NCBI GenBank assembly: GCA_009914755.4
Contig: CP086569.2
Location: forward strand, 3,456,001 to 3,520,000
Direction: 5' to 3'
DNA length: 64,000 nucleotides
Source of the DNA: the human T2T-CHM13v2.0 reference genome, Homo sapiens
Shown: positions 36,960 to 51,399 of the stretch, piece by piece
Layout of the letters: each line of letters begins with the position of its first letter
How positions within the stretch are numbered: position 1 is the stretch's first letter
Position numbers and translations under genes: made by a program
The notes under the pieces: generated by a model
Database searches by the model: none
Seen by the model: only the letters and a program-made list of their open reading frames with translations
What the model was told of the DNA's origin: nothing

Positions 36960-39900
36960 GGAAGAGCAAGATGGCTGACTAGATGCACACAAGTGGAACA
37001 GCTCCCATGGAGGGACTGAGACTGCTGGCATGCTTTTAAAAGATATTTAGAGGGAAGGTGCTGAGAGTGGGCAGAGAAAAGACACAGAAGCTAGGCTGAA
37101 GGGGAAGAAAACTGGGAACCCCTCATTGGTTACTGTGCACAGAGACTCATTTTTTAACCACAACAACTCCAGCAGAATGGAGGAGTTTACCTGGCAAGGA
37201 GCAACCCACTCTCAAAACAGAACTTTGGGACCCCAAAAGAAGGGGACCCATTGACCACAGCAGACACTTAAGGTGGCAGGGAAGGCTGCTCATGTAAGTG
37301 GTGGGGCAGCAAGCTAGATGATGTGAAGCCTATAGGGTTTGGTGTGGTAGCATCTCTAGTGGAGCATGATCAGAGATGGCCATTGCTCTAGGCTTGTCTT
37401 GCTCCCATAAGAGATGTTAGTCCTAGGGGAACTGTCAGACCTTGTCTTTGCAGGGCAGTCTTGCACTAAGATGGGGCTGGCCCAATCTGAGCACTCCTTG
37501 GTCTGCTGGCCTCTCCCAGGGCCACGGCCTGGCCATGCCTGCTTAACAGGGAAGTCTTGGGTGACCTGGGGGCACACACCATAGCTTCTACAACAGTGGA
37601 TTGTGCCTGATCAATAGAGAGCTCCAGCGAGGTGGCTTCTACATCCATGAACGAGCCCACATGTTCCCTCCTGATACTGCAGCTTCCCCAAAGCCCACAG
37701 CATCTCCCCACAGGTGTGTGTCTATATGGGAAGGTTTTGCTTTACTTGTCTTTCCAGCACGCAGAAGTGTAGTCCACCACCAGCACCCCCGCAACTAATC
37801 ACCATCGCAGATACAGCCTTGGTGGGCACAGAGCCAGCAAACCCAGCCCCTGAATGTACCACACCCTTGTGCTAAAACTGCACAGAGAACAGTGGACCTT
37901 TTTACAACCTGAGTAATCACAACTGCTTGCAGGTCACAGAAAGGACACCCAGACCAGTGCCAGCCAGCACTCCAACCCAAACCAACACCACCTTCAGTGC
38001 AATGGTGCACACAGTCTCCAACAGGAGCCCCCTGCATCCCCCAGAGTTTTCTTGCATCTGCCACTGTGGTGAATGCCTGCAGGGAGGCAGGCACACCTGC
38101 ATTTACTAGCACTCTACTGCAGGTGCTTCCACTCTCCGCACCTTCTGGTGCAGTGGACTCCATAACTCAAGGAGACAGAGAACAATGTCTGGAACTGATA
38201 CAAGTCCCCCACTTCGAGCACGAAGTCCAGGAGTTGAGAGCTGATCCTTGGTCCCCCTAAAACCTCCAGGAAATGAACCCAGCTAGCTGAATCCACCTTA
38301 TGACACAATCAAACCCTCAAGGTCATCAAATAGCATAAAAGAGAAAAAATTCATAGGTTAGCAATCTCAAAGATAGAAGGTAAATAAACCCACAAACATG
38401 AGAAAGAAAAGTGTAAGAAAGTTGGAAACTCAAAAAGTTAGAGTGCCCTCTTTCTTGCAAATGACTGCATCATCTCTCTAGCAAGGGTTCAGAACTGGGC
38501 TGAGGCTGAGATGGCTGGAATGATACCCAATACAAGGAGCTAAAAACCATAATAAAACAATGCAAGATCTGACAGACAAAATAGCCAGTCTAGAGAAGAA
38601 AATAACTGACCTGATAGAGCCAAAAAACACACTACAAGAATTTCTTAATGCAATCACAAGAATTAATAGCAGAATAGACCAAGCAGAGGAAAGAATCTCT
38701 GAGTTCAAAGACTGGATTTCTGAAATAAGATCGGCAAACAAGAATAGGGAAAAAATAAATAAAAAGAAAGAACAAGACCTCCAAGGAATATAGAATTATG
38801 TAAAAAGAAAATAATCTGTAACTGATTGGTGTCCCAGAAAAAGATGGGGAAAATGGAACCAACTTGGAAAACATAGTCAGGATATCATCCATGAGGACTT
38901 TCCAAAACTCGCTAGAAAGGCCAACATTCAAATTCAGGAAATGCAGAGAACCCAAGTAAGATACTTCACAAAAAGATCATCCTCAAGACACATAATCATT
39001 AGATTCCCCAAGGGTGAAATTAAAGAAAAAATGTTAAAGACAGCTAGAAATAATAGTTAGGTCACCTACACAGGAAGCTCATCAGACTAACAGCAGACCT
39101 CGCAGCTGAAACACTGGAAGCCAGAAGAGATTGGGGGACAGTATTCAACATTCCAACCCAGAATTTCATGTTTGGCTGAACAAAGCTTCATAAACAAAGG
39201 AGAAATAAAATCCTTTTCGAACAAGCAAATGCTGAGGAAATTTGGTGCCCCCAGACTGACTTTACAACAGCTTTTGAAGGAACCACTAAATATGGGGAGG
39301 AAAGACCATTATCAGTCATTAAAAAAACACACTGAAGTACACAGACCATTGACACTATAAAGCAACCATATAAACAAGTCTGCAATATAACCAGTTAACA
39401 TCATTATGACAGGATCAAATCAACACATATAAATACTAACTTTAAATGTAGATGGAATAAATGCTCCAATTAAAAGACTCAGAATGGCAATCCGGATAAA
39501 GAACCAAGACCCATTGGTACAATTTCTTCAAGAGACCCATCTCACATGCACTGACACAGAGAGGCTCAAAATAAAGGAATAAAGAAAAATCTACCAAGCA
39601 AATGGAAAACAGAAAAAAAGCATAATTTGTAATCCTAGTTTCTGACAAAATAGATTTTATATCAACAAAAATAAAAAAAGACAAGGGAATTGCATAGTGA
39701 CAAAGGGTTAAATTCAACAAGAAGAGTTAACTATTCTAAATATGTATGGACTGAAACACAGGAACACTCAGATTCATAAAGCAATTTATTAGAGACCTAC
39801 AAAGAGACTTAGACTCTCACACAGTAATAGTGGGAGACTTTAACAACCCAGTGACAATATTAAACAGATAATCAAGACAGAATATTAATAAAGATATTCA

Positions 39901-42900
39901 GAACCTAAACTAGATCAAATGAACCTTATAGGTAACTATGAAACTTTCCACCTAAAAACAACAGAATATAAAATCTTCTCATTGCCACATAGAACATACT
40001 CTACAATCTATCATATAATTGGAGTTAAAACACTCCTCAGCAAATATAAAAGAGCTATAATCCTAACAAACAGTCTTTTAGACCACAGCACCATTAAATC
40101 AGAAATCAAGACTAAGAAATTTACTCAAATCCCTACAATTACATGGAAATTGAATAACCTGCTCCTAAATAACTTTTAGATAAATAATAAAATTAAGGCA
40201 GAAATCTTTGAAATGATGAAGACCAAGCTACACCATACCAAAATCTCTGGGACAAAGCAAATGCAGTGGTGAGAGGGAAATTTATAGTGTTAAATCTCCA
40301 CATCAAAAAGTTAGAACGATTTCACATTAACAACCTAACATCACAATTAAAAGAGCTAGAGAGCCAAGAGCAAACAAATCTCAATGCTAGTGGAAGACAA
40401 GAAATAACTGAAATCAGAGCTGAACTGAAAGAGCCAGAGACACACAGAAATTCCAAAGATCAATGAATCCACGTGCTGTTTTTTTTAAATAAAATATATA
40501 GACTGCTAGTTAGAGTAATAAAGAACAAAAAAGAGAGAAGATTCAAATAAACACAATCAGAAATAACAAGGGACATATTACCACTGACCTCACAGAAATA
40601 CAACCATCAAAGAATATTATGAAGACCTCTATATGCATAAACTAGAAAATACAGACAAAATAGATGAATTACTGGATGTATACACCCTCCCAGGAATGAA
40701 CCAGTAAGAAAATGAATTCCTGAGAAGACCAATAACAAGCTCTAAAATTGAGTCAGTAATAAATAGCCTCCCAACCAAAGAAAAGCCCAGGACCAGATGA
40801 ATTCACAGCCGAAATTTGCCAGAAGTATAAAGAAGAGCTGATACCATTATGGCTGTAAATATTCCAAAACTATGAGGAGAAGGGACTCCTCTCTAAGTCA
40901 TTCCATGAAGCCAGCATTATTCTGATATCAAAACCTGGCAGAGATACAACCAAAAAGAAAACTTCAGGCTAATATCCTTGATGAATATAGATACAATAAT
41001 TCTCAACAAAATACTAGCAAACTGAAACGATCAACACATCAAGATGCTTATTCACCACAATCAAGTAGGCTTTATCCCTGGGATTGAAGATTTATTCAAC
41101 ATATGCCAATCAATTTATGTGATTTAGCACATAAACAGAACTAAATACAAAAAACACATGATTATTTCCCTAGATGCCAAAAAGGCTTTCAACAAAATTC
41201 AACATTGATTTATGTTAAAAACTTACAATGAAGTAGTTATGGAAGAAACATACCTAAAAATTGTAAGAGCCATGTATGACAAACCCATAGCTAATATCAT
41301 ACTGAATGGGCAAAAACTTCAAGCATTTCCCTTGAAAACAGGCACAAGACAAGGATGCCCTCTCATCACTCCTATTAAACATGGTATTGGAAAGGCTTAC
41401 TCAGGGCAATCAGGCAAATGAAAGAAACTATCCCTGTTTGCAGATGACATAATCCTATATGTAGAAAACCCCATAGACTCAGCCCAAAAGCTTCTTAAGC
41501 TGATAAACAACTTCAGCAAAGTCACAAGATACAAAATTACTGTGCAAAAATTACTAGCATTCCTATACATTAACAACAGTCAAGTCAAGATCCAAATCAG
41601 GAATCTACTCCCATTTACGATTGTTACAAAGAGAATAAAACACCTAGGAATACAACTAATTTGGGGGGTGAAAGATCTCTACAAGTAGAACTATAAAACA
41701 CAGCTCCTTGAAGTCAGAGATGCTACAAATAAATGGAAAAACATTCCATGCTTATGAATAGGAAGAATCAATATTGTAAAAATGAACATACGGCCCAAAG
41801 CAATGTATAAATTCAACAATATTCCTATCAAACAACTCATGACATTCTTCTCAGAACTAGAAAACACCATTTAAAAATTCATATAGAACTACAAAAAAGC
41901 CAGAATAGCCAAGGTAATCCTAAACAAACCAACAAAAAATCCCCAAAAAACAAAAAACAAAGCTGGAGGCATCACGCTACCCAACTTCAAACTATACTAC
42001 AGGGCTACAGTAACCTAAACAACATGGGACTGGTACAAAAACAGAAACACAGACCAATGGAACAGAATAAAGAACCTGGAAATAATATTGCACACTTACA
42101 ACTATGTGATCTTTGACAAACCTAACAAAAACGAGCAATGGGAAAGGGATTCTGTATTCAATAAATGGTGCTGGGATAACTGGCTAGCCATATGCAGAAG
42201 ATTAAAACTGGACCCCTTCCTTACACCATATACAAAAATTAACTCAAAATGGATTAAATACTTAAATGAAAAACCCAAATCTATAAAAATCCTGGAAGAT
42301 AACTTAGGCAGTACCATTCAAAACATGGGCACAGGTAAAGATTTTACAACGAAGTCTTCAAAAGCAATTGCAAGAAAAGCAAAAATTGACAAATGGGATC
42401 TGATTAAACTAAAGAGCTTCTGCACAGCAAAATAAACCATCAGCAGAGTAAGCAGACAACCTACAGAAAGGTAGAAAATTTTTGCAAACTATGCATCTCA
42501 CAAAGGTCTAATATCCAGCATCTATAAGGAAGTTAAACAAATTTACAAAGAAAAACCTCATTAAAATAGTGGGCACAGTACATGAAAGATACTTTGGAAG
42601 AGAAGACATACATGTGGCCAGCAATCACATGAAAAAAAGCTCAACATCACTGATTATTAGTGAAATGCAAATCAAAACCAAAATGAGATAGCATGTCACA
42701 CCAGTCACAATGGCAATTATTAAAAAGTCAAAACATAACAAATGCTGGCATACATATACAGTGTTGTTGGGAGTGTAAATTTGTTCAACCATTGTGGAAG
42801 ACAGTGTGGCAATTCCTCAAAGACCTAAAGACAGAAATACCATTCAACCCAGCAATCTCATTACTGTCTATATACTCAAAGGAGTATAAATCTTTCTATT

Positions 42901-43382
42901 ATAAAGACACATGCACACATATGTTCATTGTAGCACTATTCACAGTAGCAAAGACATGAAATAAACTTAAATGCTCATCAGTAATAAACAGTATAAAAAT
43001 AATGTGGTACATAGACACCATAGAATATTATTCAGCCATAAAAGAATGAGATCATGTCCTTTGCAGGGACATGGATGGAGTTGGAGGCAATTATCCTTAG
43101 GAAACAAATGCAGGAACAGAAGACCAAATGCCACATGTTCTCATTTCGAAGTGAGTGCTAAACTATGACAACATGTGGACACATAGAGGGGAAAAAAAAC
43201 ACAACGGGGTTTTTCAGAGGGTGGAATGTGGAAGGAGGGAGAAGATCAGAAAAATAACTAATGGATACTAGGCTTAATACCTGGGTGATAAAATAATCTG
43301 CACAACAATCCCCTATGACAAAAGTTTACCTATGTAACAAACTAGCACTTGTACCCCGGAATTAAAATAAAAGGTAAAAAAA
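36960..43382 (+). mobile_element. Inner full-length L1 (here called L1-Y, L1PA-type), 6.4 kb. It comprises a 5'UTR (36960 to about 38540), an ORF1 remnant (about 38560-39360), an ORF2 remnant (about 39395-43150) and a 3'UTR with an A-rich tail. Both ORFs are broken by stops and frameshifts. It is flanked by a duplication of about 6-7 bp, a(t)tacta.
   Basis: The 5' end gggaagagcaagatggctgactagatgcacacaagtggaacagctcc matches the L1 start GGGAGGAGGAGCCAAGATGGCCGAATAGGAACAGCTCC. ORF1 carries ...RINSRIDQAEERISEFKDWISEIR...IGVPEKDGENGTNLENIV...IQEMQRTQVRYFTKRSSSRHIII. ORF2 carries ...ILTLNVDGINAPIKRLRMA.RIKNQDP...[62 protein letters not shown]- (frameshifted remnant)...[34 protein letters not shown]...LLGVNLFNHCGRQCGNSSKT-RQKYHSTQQSHYCLYTQRSINLSIIKTHAHICSL-HYSQ-QRHEINLNAHQ--TV-K-CGT-TP-NIIQP-KNEIMSFAGTWMELEAIILRKQMQEQKTKCHMFSFRSEC-TMTTCGHIEGKK (frameshifted ORF2 C-terminal remnant). 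It ends ...cccggaattaaaataaaaggtaaaaaaa. Confidence 0.85.
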
Positions 43383-44274
43383 TACTACAAGACCTAAAAA
43401 ATGAGGTAGATAGCAACAAAATAGTAGTGGAAGACTTCAATAATCCACTGGTAGCAGTAGACAGATTGAGACAGTCAACAATAACAACAACAATGACAAC
43501 AACAAAATGTACTTAAAACTACACTCTACAATAAATGAACTTAACAGATGTTTATGGATCATTCTACCTGAGAACTGCAGAGTATACATTCTTCTCACCA
43601 GCACTTGGAGCACTCTTCAATATAATCCATATAATTGACCACAAAACAAGTCTCAATAAATTAAAAACATCAAAATCATATCAAGTATATTTTCAGACCA
43701 CAGTGAAATAAAACTGGAAATCAACTTCAAAAGGAACTCCTCAAACTTTACACATATATGAAAATTAAACAATTTGTTTCTGAATGATTTTTGAGATAAA
43801 AAAATTAAGATGAAAAATTTTTTAAGTCTTTGAAATGAATGATAATAATGATACTGATTACCAAAACCTCTGGGATCCAGCAAAAGCAGTGCTAAGAGGA
43901 AAGTTTGACCACAAATTGACAATCTAGTGTCATGCCTCAAGGAACAAGGCAAGAAAGAACAACCTAACTCAAAGCAAGCGAAGGAAAGGAATAACAAAGA
44001 TCAGAGCAGAAGTAAATGAAATTCAAACAAACATAAAATACAAAAGATCAATGAAACAAAAAGCTATTGTTCCTTGAAAAGATAAACAAAATTGATAGAC
44101 CATTAGCAAAATTAGCTAAGAAAAGAAGAAATTCATATAAACTGAATTATAAGTGAAACTGGGGACATTCCAAATGACACCACAAAAACACAAAATATCA
44201 TTTGAGACTGCTATGAACACTATTATATACACAAACTGGAAAACTTAGAGGAAATGGATAAATTCCTGGAAACG
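43383..44274 (+). mobile_element. L1-X part 3: ORF2 codons about 120-270
   Basis: ...VVEDFNNPL...DR...LNLTDVYGSFYLRTAEYTFFSPALGALFNIIHIIDHKTSLNK.K.S.SYQVYF...ELN.T...KQ..RKWINS resumes the EN domain exactly where part 2 stopped. Confidence 0.85.
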
Positions 44275-46628
44275 TGTATTAGTCTGTTCTCACACTGCTG
44301 ACAAAGACATACCCAAGACTGGGTAATTTATATAGGAAAGAGGTTAAATTGATTCACAGTTCCACATGGCTGTGGAAGCCTTACAATCATGGTGAAAGGT
44401 GAATGAGGACTAAAGTCATGTCTTACACGGTGTCAGGCAAGAGAGCATGTGCAGGGGAACTCCCCTTTATAAAACCATCAAATCCTGTGAGACTTATTCA
44501 CTATCATGAGAACAGCATGGGAAAAACCCACCCCAATGGTTCAATTACCTCCTATTGGGTCCATCCCATAACACATGTGAATTCTTACAATTCAAGATGA
44601 TATTTGGCTGGGGACACAGAGCTAAACTACATCACTCCACCCCTGGCCCCTCCCAAATCTCATGTCCTCATATTTCAAAACCAGTCATGCCTTCCCAACA
44701 CTTCCCCCATTGTCTTAACTCATTTCAGCACTAACTCAAAAGGAACTAACTCCACAGTCTAAAGTCTCATCTGAAACAAGGCAAGTATCTTCCACCTAGG
44801 GGACTGTAAAATCTAAAGCACATTAGTTATTTTCTAGATACAATGGGGGGTACAGGCATTGGGTAGATACATTCATTCCAAATGGGAGAAATGGGCCAAA
44901 ACAAAGGGGCTACAGGCCCCATGCAAGTCCAAAATCTAGCAGGGCTGCCAAATCTTAAAGCTATGAAATGTTCTCCTTTGACTCCATGTCTCACATCTAG
45001 GTCACACTGATCCAAGAGGTGGGTTCACATGGTCTTGTCAGTTCTTCCCTGTGGCTTTGTAGTAGGGAACAGTCCCCATCCCAGCTGCTTTCCTGGGCTG
45101 GTATTGAGTGTCTGAAGCTTTTCCAGGCACACAGTGCAAGCTGTAGGTGGATCTACCATTCTGGGGTCTGGAAGATGGTGGCCCTCTTTTCACAGCTCCA
45201 TGAGGCAGTGCCCCAGTGGGGACTCTGTGTGGGAGCTTCAAATCCACATTTCCCTTACACACTGCCCTAGCAGAGGTTCTCCATGAGGGCCCCACCCCTA
45301 GAGCAAACTTCTGCCCAGACATCCAGGTGTTTCCATACATCCTGTAAAATCTAGGCAGAGGTTCCCAAACCTCAGTTCTTGATTTCTGTGCACCTGCAGG
45401 CCCAACACCATGGGGAAGCCACCAAGGCTTGTGGCTTGCACCCTCTGAAGCAATAGCCTGAGCTGTACATTGGCCATATTTAGCCACAGTTGGAGATGCT
45501 GAAATGCAGGAGACCAAGTCCCTAGGGTGTACAAAGCATGGGGTCCCCAGGCCTGGCCCACAAAACCATTTTTTCTTCCTAGGCCTCCAGGTCTGTGATG
45601 GGAGGGGCTGCCATGAAGGTCTCTGACATGCCCTGAAGATATTTTCCTCATCATATTGGTGATTAACATTTGGCTCCTCATTACTTATGCAAATTTCAGC
45701 AGCTGGCTTGAATTTCTCCTCAGAAAATGGGTTTTTATTTTCTATCTTATTGTGAGGCTGCAAATTTTCTAAACGTTTATGCTCTGCTTCTCTTTTAAAC
45801 ATAAGTTTCAATTCCAAACCATATGTTTGTGAATACATAAAATTTATGATTTTAACAGCATCCAAGTCACCTCTTGAACTCTTTGTTTCTTAGAAATTTC
45901 TTCCACCAGATACTCTAAATCATGTCTCTCAAGTTCAAAGTTCTGCAGATTTCTAGGGAAGGGGCAAAATGCCACCAACCTCTGTGCTAAAACATAGCAA
46001 GAGTCACCTTTACTACAGTTCCCAACAACTTCTTCACCTCCATCTGAGACCACCTCATCCTGGACTTCATTGTCCATATCATTATCAGCATTTTGGTCAA
46101 AGCCATTCAACAAGTCTCTAGGAAGTTTCAAACCTTCCCACATCTGCCTGTATTTTTCTGAGCACTCCAAGCTGTTCCAACATTTGCCTGTTAACCAGTT
46201 CCAAAGTCACTTCCACTTTTTGGGTATCTTTACAGCAGCGTCTTACTACTCAGTACAAATTTACTGTATTAGTCTGTTCTCAGGCTGCTAATAAATACAT
46301 ATCCATGATTGGGTAATTGATTGATAAAGGAATGAGGTTTAATTGATTTACAGTTGCACATGACTGGGGTGGCCTCACAATTATGGCAGGAGGCAAATGA
46401 GGAGCAAAGTCGTGTCTTACATACCAGCAGGCAAGAGAGCATGTTTAGAACTCCCTTTTATAAAACCATCAGATCTTGTGAGAATTTTTACTATCACAAG
46501 AATAGCACGGGAAAAACACACCCCCACTATTGATTCAATTATCTGCCACTGGGTCTCTCCCACAACATGCGGGGATTATTACAATTCAAGGTGGGATTTG
46601 TGTGGCGACGCAGAGCCAAACCATATCA
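44275..46628 (-). mobile_element. Second complete THE1-type MaLR element, LTR-internal-LTR, 2354 bp. LTRs lie at 44275-44633 and 46265-46628. It is inserted in L1-X ORF2. The target-site duplication is not cleanly preserved (aaacg versus acatg).
   Basis: It has the same organisation and sequence family as the element at 34361-36595. It starts tgtattagtctgttctcacactgctgacaaagacatacccaagactgggtaatttata and ends ...cgcagagccaaaccatatca. The internal region is about 1.6 kb. Confidence 0.85.
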
Positions 46629-49390
46629 ACATGTACCCCCCTAGATTATATCAGGAAGATATATAATCTCTTAATCTCTTAGAAGATTAATAACAAGCAG
46701 TGAGATTGAATCAGTAATAAAAAATTACCAACCAAAAAAGCCAAGGCCAGATGGAATTAAAGCTGAATCCTATCAGGTGTTCAAAGAGGAATTGGTATCA
46801 ATCCTACTAAAACTATTCCAAAAGATTAAGAAAGATGGAATCCTTCCCAATTCATTCTATGAAGCCAGTATTACTCTGATACCAAAATCAGAAGAGGATA
46901 TAACAAAATAAGAAAACTAGAAACCAACATCCTTGATGAACATACATGCAAATTCTCAACAAATTACTAGCTAGCCTAATCAAACAGCAAACCAAAAAGA
47001 TAATATACAATCATCAGTGGGTTTCATCCCAGGGATGCAGGGGTGGTTTAACATACACAAGTCAATAAATGCAATACTCACATAAACAGAATTAAAAACA
47101 AAAACTATATGATAATCTCAACAGATACAGAATAAGCATTCAAAAAAATCCAGCATCCCTTTATAATAAAAATCCTCAACAAACTAGGCGTAGAAGGGAC
47201 TCAACTTAATTAATAAAAGTCATATGTGACAAACCCACAGCCAACATACTGAATGTAGTGCAGTTGAAAGAATCCTTTCGAAAACTGGAACAAGACAAGG
47301 ATGGCCACTTTTACTACTTCTATTCAACATAGTATTTGAAGTCCTAGCCAGAGAATTGAGGCAAGAGGTATAAATAAAAGGCATCCAAATTGGAAAAAAG
47401 AAAGTCAAACTATCACTATTAGCCAATGATATAATTATATACCTAGAAAACTTTATAGCTTCCTCCAGAAGACTCCTAGATTTCAAAAACGAATTCAGCA
47501 AAGTCTCAGGTTACAAAGTCAATGTACACAAATCAGTAGCACTTCTATACACCAACAATGATCAAGCTGAAAATAAAATGAAGAACTCAATCCCTTTTAC
47601 AATAGGTGCAAAAAATAAAATAAAATATCTAAGAATATATTTAACCAAGAAGGTAAAAATCTCTATAAGGAGAACTACAAAACGTTGCTGAAAGAAGCCA
47701 TAGATGACTGAAACAAATGGAAACACTTCCCATGCTCATTGATTGGAAAAATCAATATTGTGAAAATGACCCTACTGCCCAAAGCCATCTAGAGATTCAA
47801 TGCAATTCTATCAAAATACCAACATCATTTTTCATAGAACTAGAAAAAAACAATAATCCTTAAAATTCATATGGGACCAAAAAAGAGCTCAAGTAACAAA
47901 GGCAAATCCTTAGCAAAAAGAACAAATACAGAGGCATCTCATTACCAAATTTCAAGTAATACTACAAGGCTGTAGTTACCAAAACAGCATGGTACTGGTA
48001 TAAAAGTAGACATATAGACCAATGAACAAGAATCGATAACCCAGAAATAAAACTAAATACAACCAACTGATGTTCAACAAAGCATACAATAACATAATTT
48101 GGGGAAGAGACACCCTATTAATAAATGGTGCTGGGAAAACTGGCTAGCCACATGCAGAAGACTGAAACTGTATTCCTATCTCTCACCTTATAGAAAAATC
48201 AACTCAAGATGGATTAAAGACTTAAATCCAACACCTAAAACCATACAAAATTTTAGAAGATAACATTGTAAAAACTCTTCTGGACAGTGCCCTAGAAAAA
48301 TAATTTATGTCTTAAACCCCAAAAGACAATGCAACAGCAATAAAAACAAAAATAAATGGGACCTGATTGAATTTAAAAGCTTCTGCGTGGCAAAACAAAT
48401 AATCAGCAAACAGACAAAGAATGGGAGAAAACATTTTCAAACTGCATCCAGCAAAGGACTAGTATCTAAAATCTACAAGGAACTTAAACAAGTCAGCAAG
48501 AAAAAGTCAAATAATCCTATCAACAACTGGACAAATGACATAAATAGGCATTTCTCAAAAGAAGATATGCAAATGATGAAAAAATGTATGAGAAAAATAC
48601 TCAACATCACTAATCACCAGAGAAATACAAATTAAAACCACAATGAGGTACCACCTTAGTTCTGAAAGAATGGCCATTATGAAAAATTCAAAAACAATAG
48701 ATGTTGATATAGATGTGATGAAAGAGGAATGCTTATACACTGGTGGTGGGAATGTAAATTAGTGCAATCTGTATAGAAAACAGTGTGGAAATTCTTAAAG
48801 AACTTAAAGTAGATCTACCATTTGATCCTGCAATCCCGCTACTGGGTATCTACCCAAAGGAAAATAAGTCATTATCAAAAAAAAAAAAAACATGCATGTA
48901 TATGTTTATTGCAGTCCAATTCACAATTGCAAAGATATGGAACCAACCTAAGTGGCCATCGATCAATGAGTGGATAAAAAAATGTGGTATATACGAACAA
49001 TGAAATACTACTCAAATAAAAAGGAATAAAATAATGTCTTTTGCAGCAACTTGGATGGATCTGGAGGTCATTATTCTAAGTGAAGTACCTTAGAAATGGG
49101 AAACCAAAAACCTTATGTTCTCATTTATAAGTGGGAGCTAAATTATGAGTACATAAAAGCATACAGAGTGATATAACAGACTTTGGAGATTCAGAAGGGG
49201 GAAGGTAAAGGGCAGGTGTGAGATAAAAAAACTACATATTGGCTACAGAGTACACTATTCAGGTGATGGGTACATTAAATCTCAGAATTCAACACTATTT
49301 AATTCATCTGTGTAACCAAAAACACTTGTACCACAAAAGCTATTGAAATAAAAAAAATAAAAGAGCAAAATAAATAAATAAGTTAATTAA
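46629..49390 (+). mobile_element. L1-X part 4: rest of ORF2 (RT and C-terminal domains), 3'UTR and A-rich tail
   Basis: ...PTKK.KARWN...[19 protein letters not shown]...[68 protein letters not shown]...[39 protein letters not shown]...WDLIEFKSFCVAKQIISK...IAVQFTIAKIWNQPKWPSINEWIKKCGIYEQ... It ends ...gaaataaaaaaaataaaagagcaaaataaataaataag. Confidence 0.85.
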
Positions 49391-50718
49391 TATTATCTTA
49401 AAGTGAAATAAACAGCGTGAATGCAAGGTACAGGTGAAGAAAGCAAAGTTTTAAGCATCAATGTAGAAAAATATAGCTCTGATTACTTTAATTTTAAGGT
49501 AGAGGGTGTTGATAATGAACTTAACCACAAGGAGGCAAGAAGGAGAATTTACAAAAAAGAAAAACAGAGTATGGGATAATAAGCCAAGGCAGAAATATTA
49601 CAAGAGTGATTTACACATACTTAGTTTCAGGGGTCAGGGCAAGGAGAAGTGAAGTCAGCAAGATGTCATTCTTGTCCTTACCTCTTCTCTTTAAAGCTAG
49701 TAGAGGGAGAGTGATAGCCCCCTTCTGCTTTTGGCACTGGAACAGGAAAGCTACAGGAGGAACAATGTAAAATTCCAAATAAACTCTTCTGATTTTGAAA
49801 TGTGGCTATATGCAGATAAAGTTACTATTCTCTGAATGAACAATTCAAATATCTAGGAGACTTGCATTTAGCAAGTACCTTAAGTGCTATCCTGATTTAA
49901 TTTGTCATTCTTATTGTTATTACTATAATAAATCACTTGAAATGATTCTTGTATGTGGAGCAAGCAAGTATCCTTTATCCAACTTAAAAAGGATGGGAAG
50001 TTTATAATCAAAAGGATAAATGTTCTGAGTTGTAAGAAGAATCATTGTGAAAAAAAATAAGATTAAAAGAAAAAGAATGGATCAAAGTGTTCTTTACATA
50101 TGCTGTTTTTATTCAACTGAAAATTAACGTATGTTGGGAAGATACCTTAAAGTCAGTTCTGTATATTTATCATCTGGCTTGTGTTTAATTAAATAAAAAT
50201 CAGATTATCCCTTTTATTTTGAACTGCAAGATGTTCGTGTTGTCTCTAAAGTATTTGGCCGCTTCCCCAGAATGACAACTTTCATTTTGATATTTGTGGT
50301 GAAGGAGAACAAAAGAAAAATTGTCAGTCTCAAATGATGATTAAAAAAATTAAAATTATACCTGATAATGAGTAAAGTTTCCTAAGAGTCACAAGAAAAT
50401 AAAGTTTGATACTGTCTTAAACAAATATCAGGAATTAACTAGGGCAACCAAGACCAGATACATAATTTGTGGAGCCCTGTGCAAAATGAAAATGTGGGGT
50501 CTCTTGTTAAAATTTTATTAAGAGTTTCAACACAGCAACAGCACAACATTAAGAAAAGCTCAGGGTCCTGATGATAAACACACAGATTGTATACTCACAA
50601 AGTCAATCCTGGGGGAAAAGTAGTCTTAATAAAGACTTCATTTTTAACCGTTTATTATTAAAGAATTATTTAATTATAGCACAGTAATTGCAAAGATGAA
50701 AGGTCTTATGTACCCTGG

Positions 50719-51086
50719 AGTAGTCCGTTCTCATGCTGTTAATAAAGACTTGCCTGAGACTGGGTAGTTTATAAAGGAAAGGGGTTTAATTGACTCACAG
50801 TTCAGCATGGCTAACTGTGAGGGAGTCCTCACAATCATGGTGGAAGGCAAAGGAAGAGCCAAGTCACATCTTACATAGCATCAGGCAAGAGAGCATGTGC
50901 AGGGGAACTGCCCTTTATAAAACCATCAGATCTAGTAACACTTTTTTACTATTATGAGAATAGCATGGGAAAAACCTCCCCCCTTGATTCAATTACCTTC
51001 CACCAGGTCACTCTCACAACACATGGGGATTATGAGAGCTACAATTCAAGATGAGATGTGGGTGGTGACAGAGCCAAATCATATCA
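50719..51086 (-). mobile_element. THE1/MST-type MaLR solo LTR (368 bp)
   Basis: ...gtagtccgttctcatgctgttaataaagacttgcctgagactgggtagtttataaaggaaaggggtttaattgactcacagttcagcatggct...ccctttataaaaccatcagatct...gatgagatgtgggtggtgacagagccaaatcatatca. Confidence 0.85.
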
Positions 51087-51399
51087 TAACCTTTACTCAG
51101 TTTCCTCCAAAGGTTATATCTTACAGAATTATAGCACACAATCAAAACCTGAATATTGACATTGGTACAACAAATTTGTATAGTTCTATACCATTTCCTT
51201 ACATGTATAAGTTCAAGTAACCATCACTGCAAAAAAGACACGGAAATATTCCATTACCACAAAGGTCTATCTTGTGTTCCTCTTTGAAGTCACACCTTCC
51301 TCCCTGCTTACCATTGTCTCTAAGCCCTGACAACCACTGATTTCTTTTCCATGTTCATAATTTTTTCATTTCACAAATGGTATATGCATAGAATTATAT

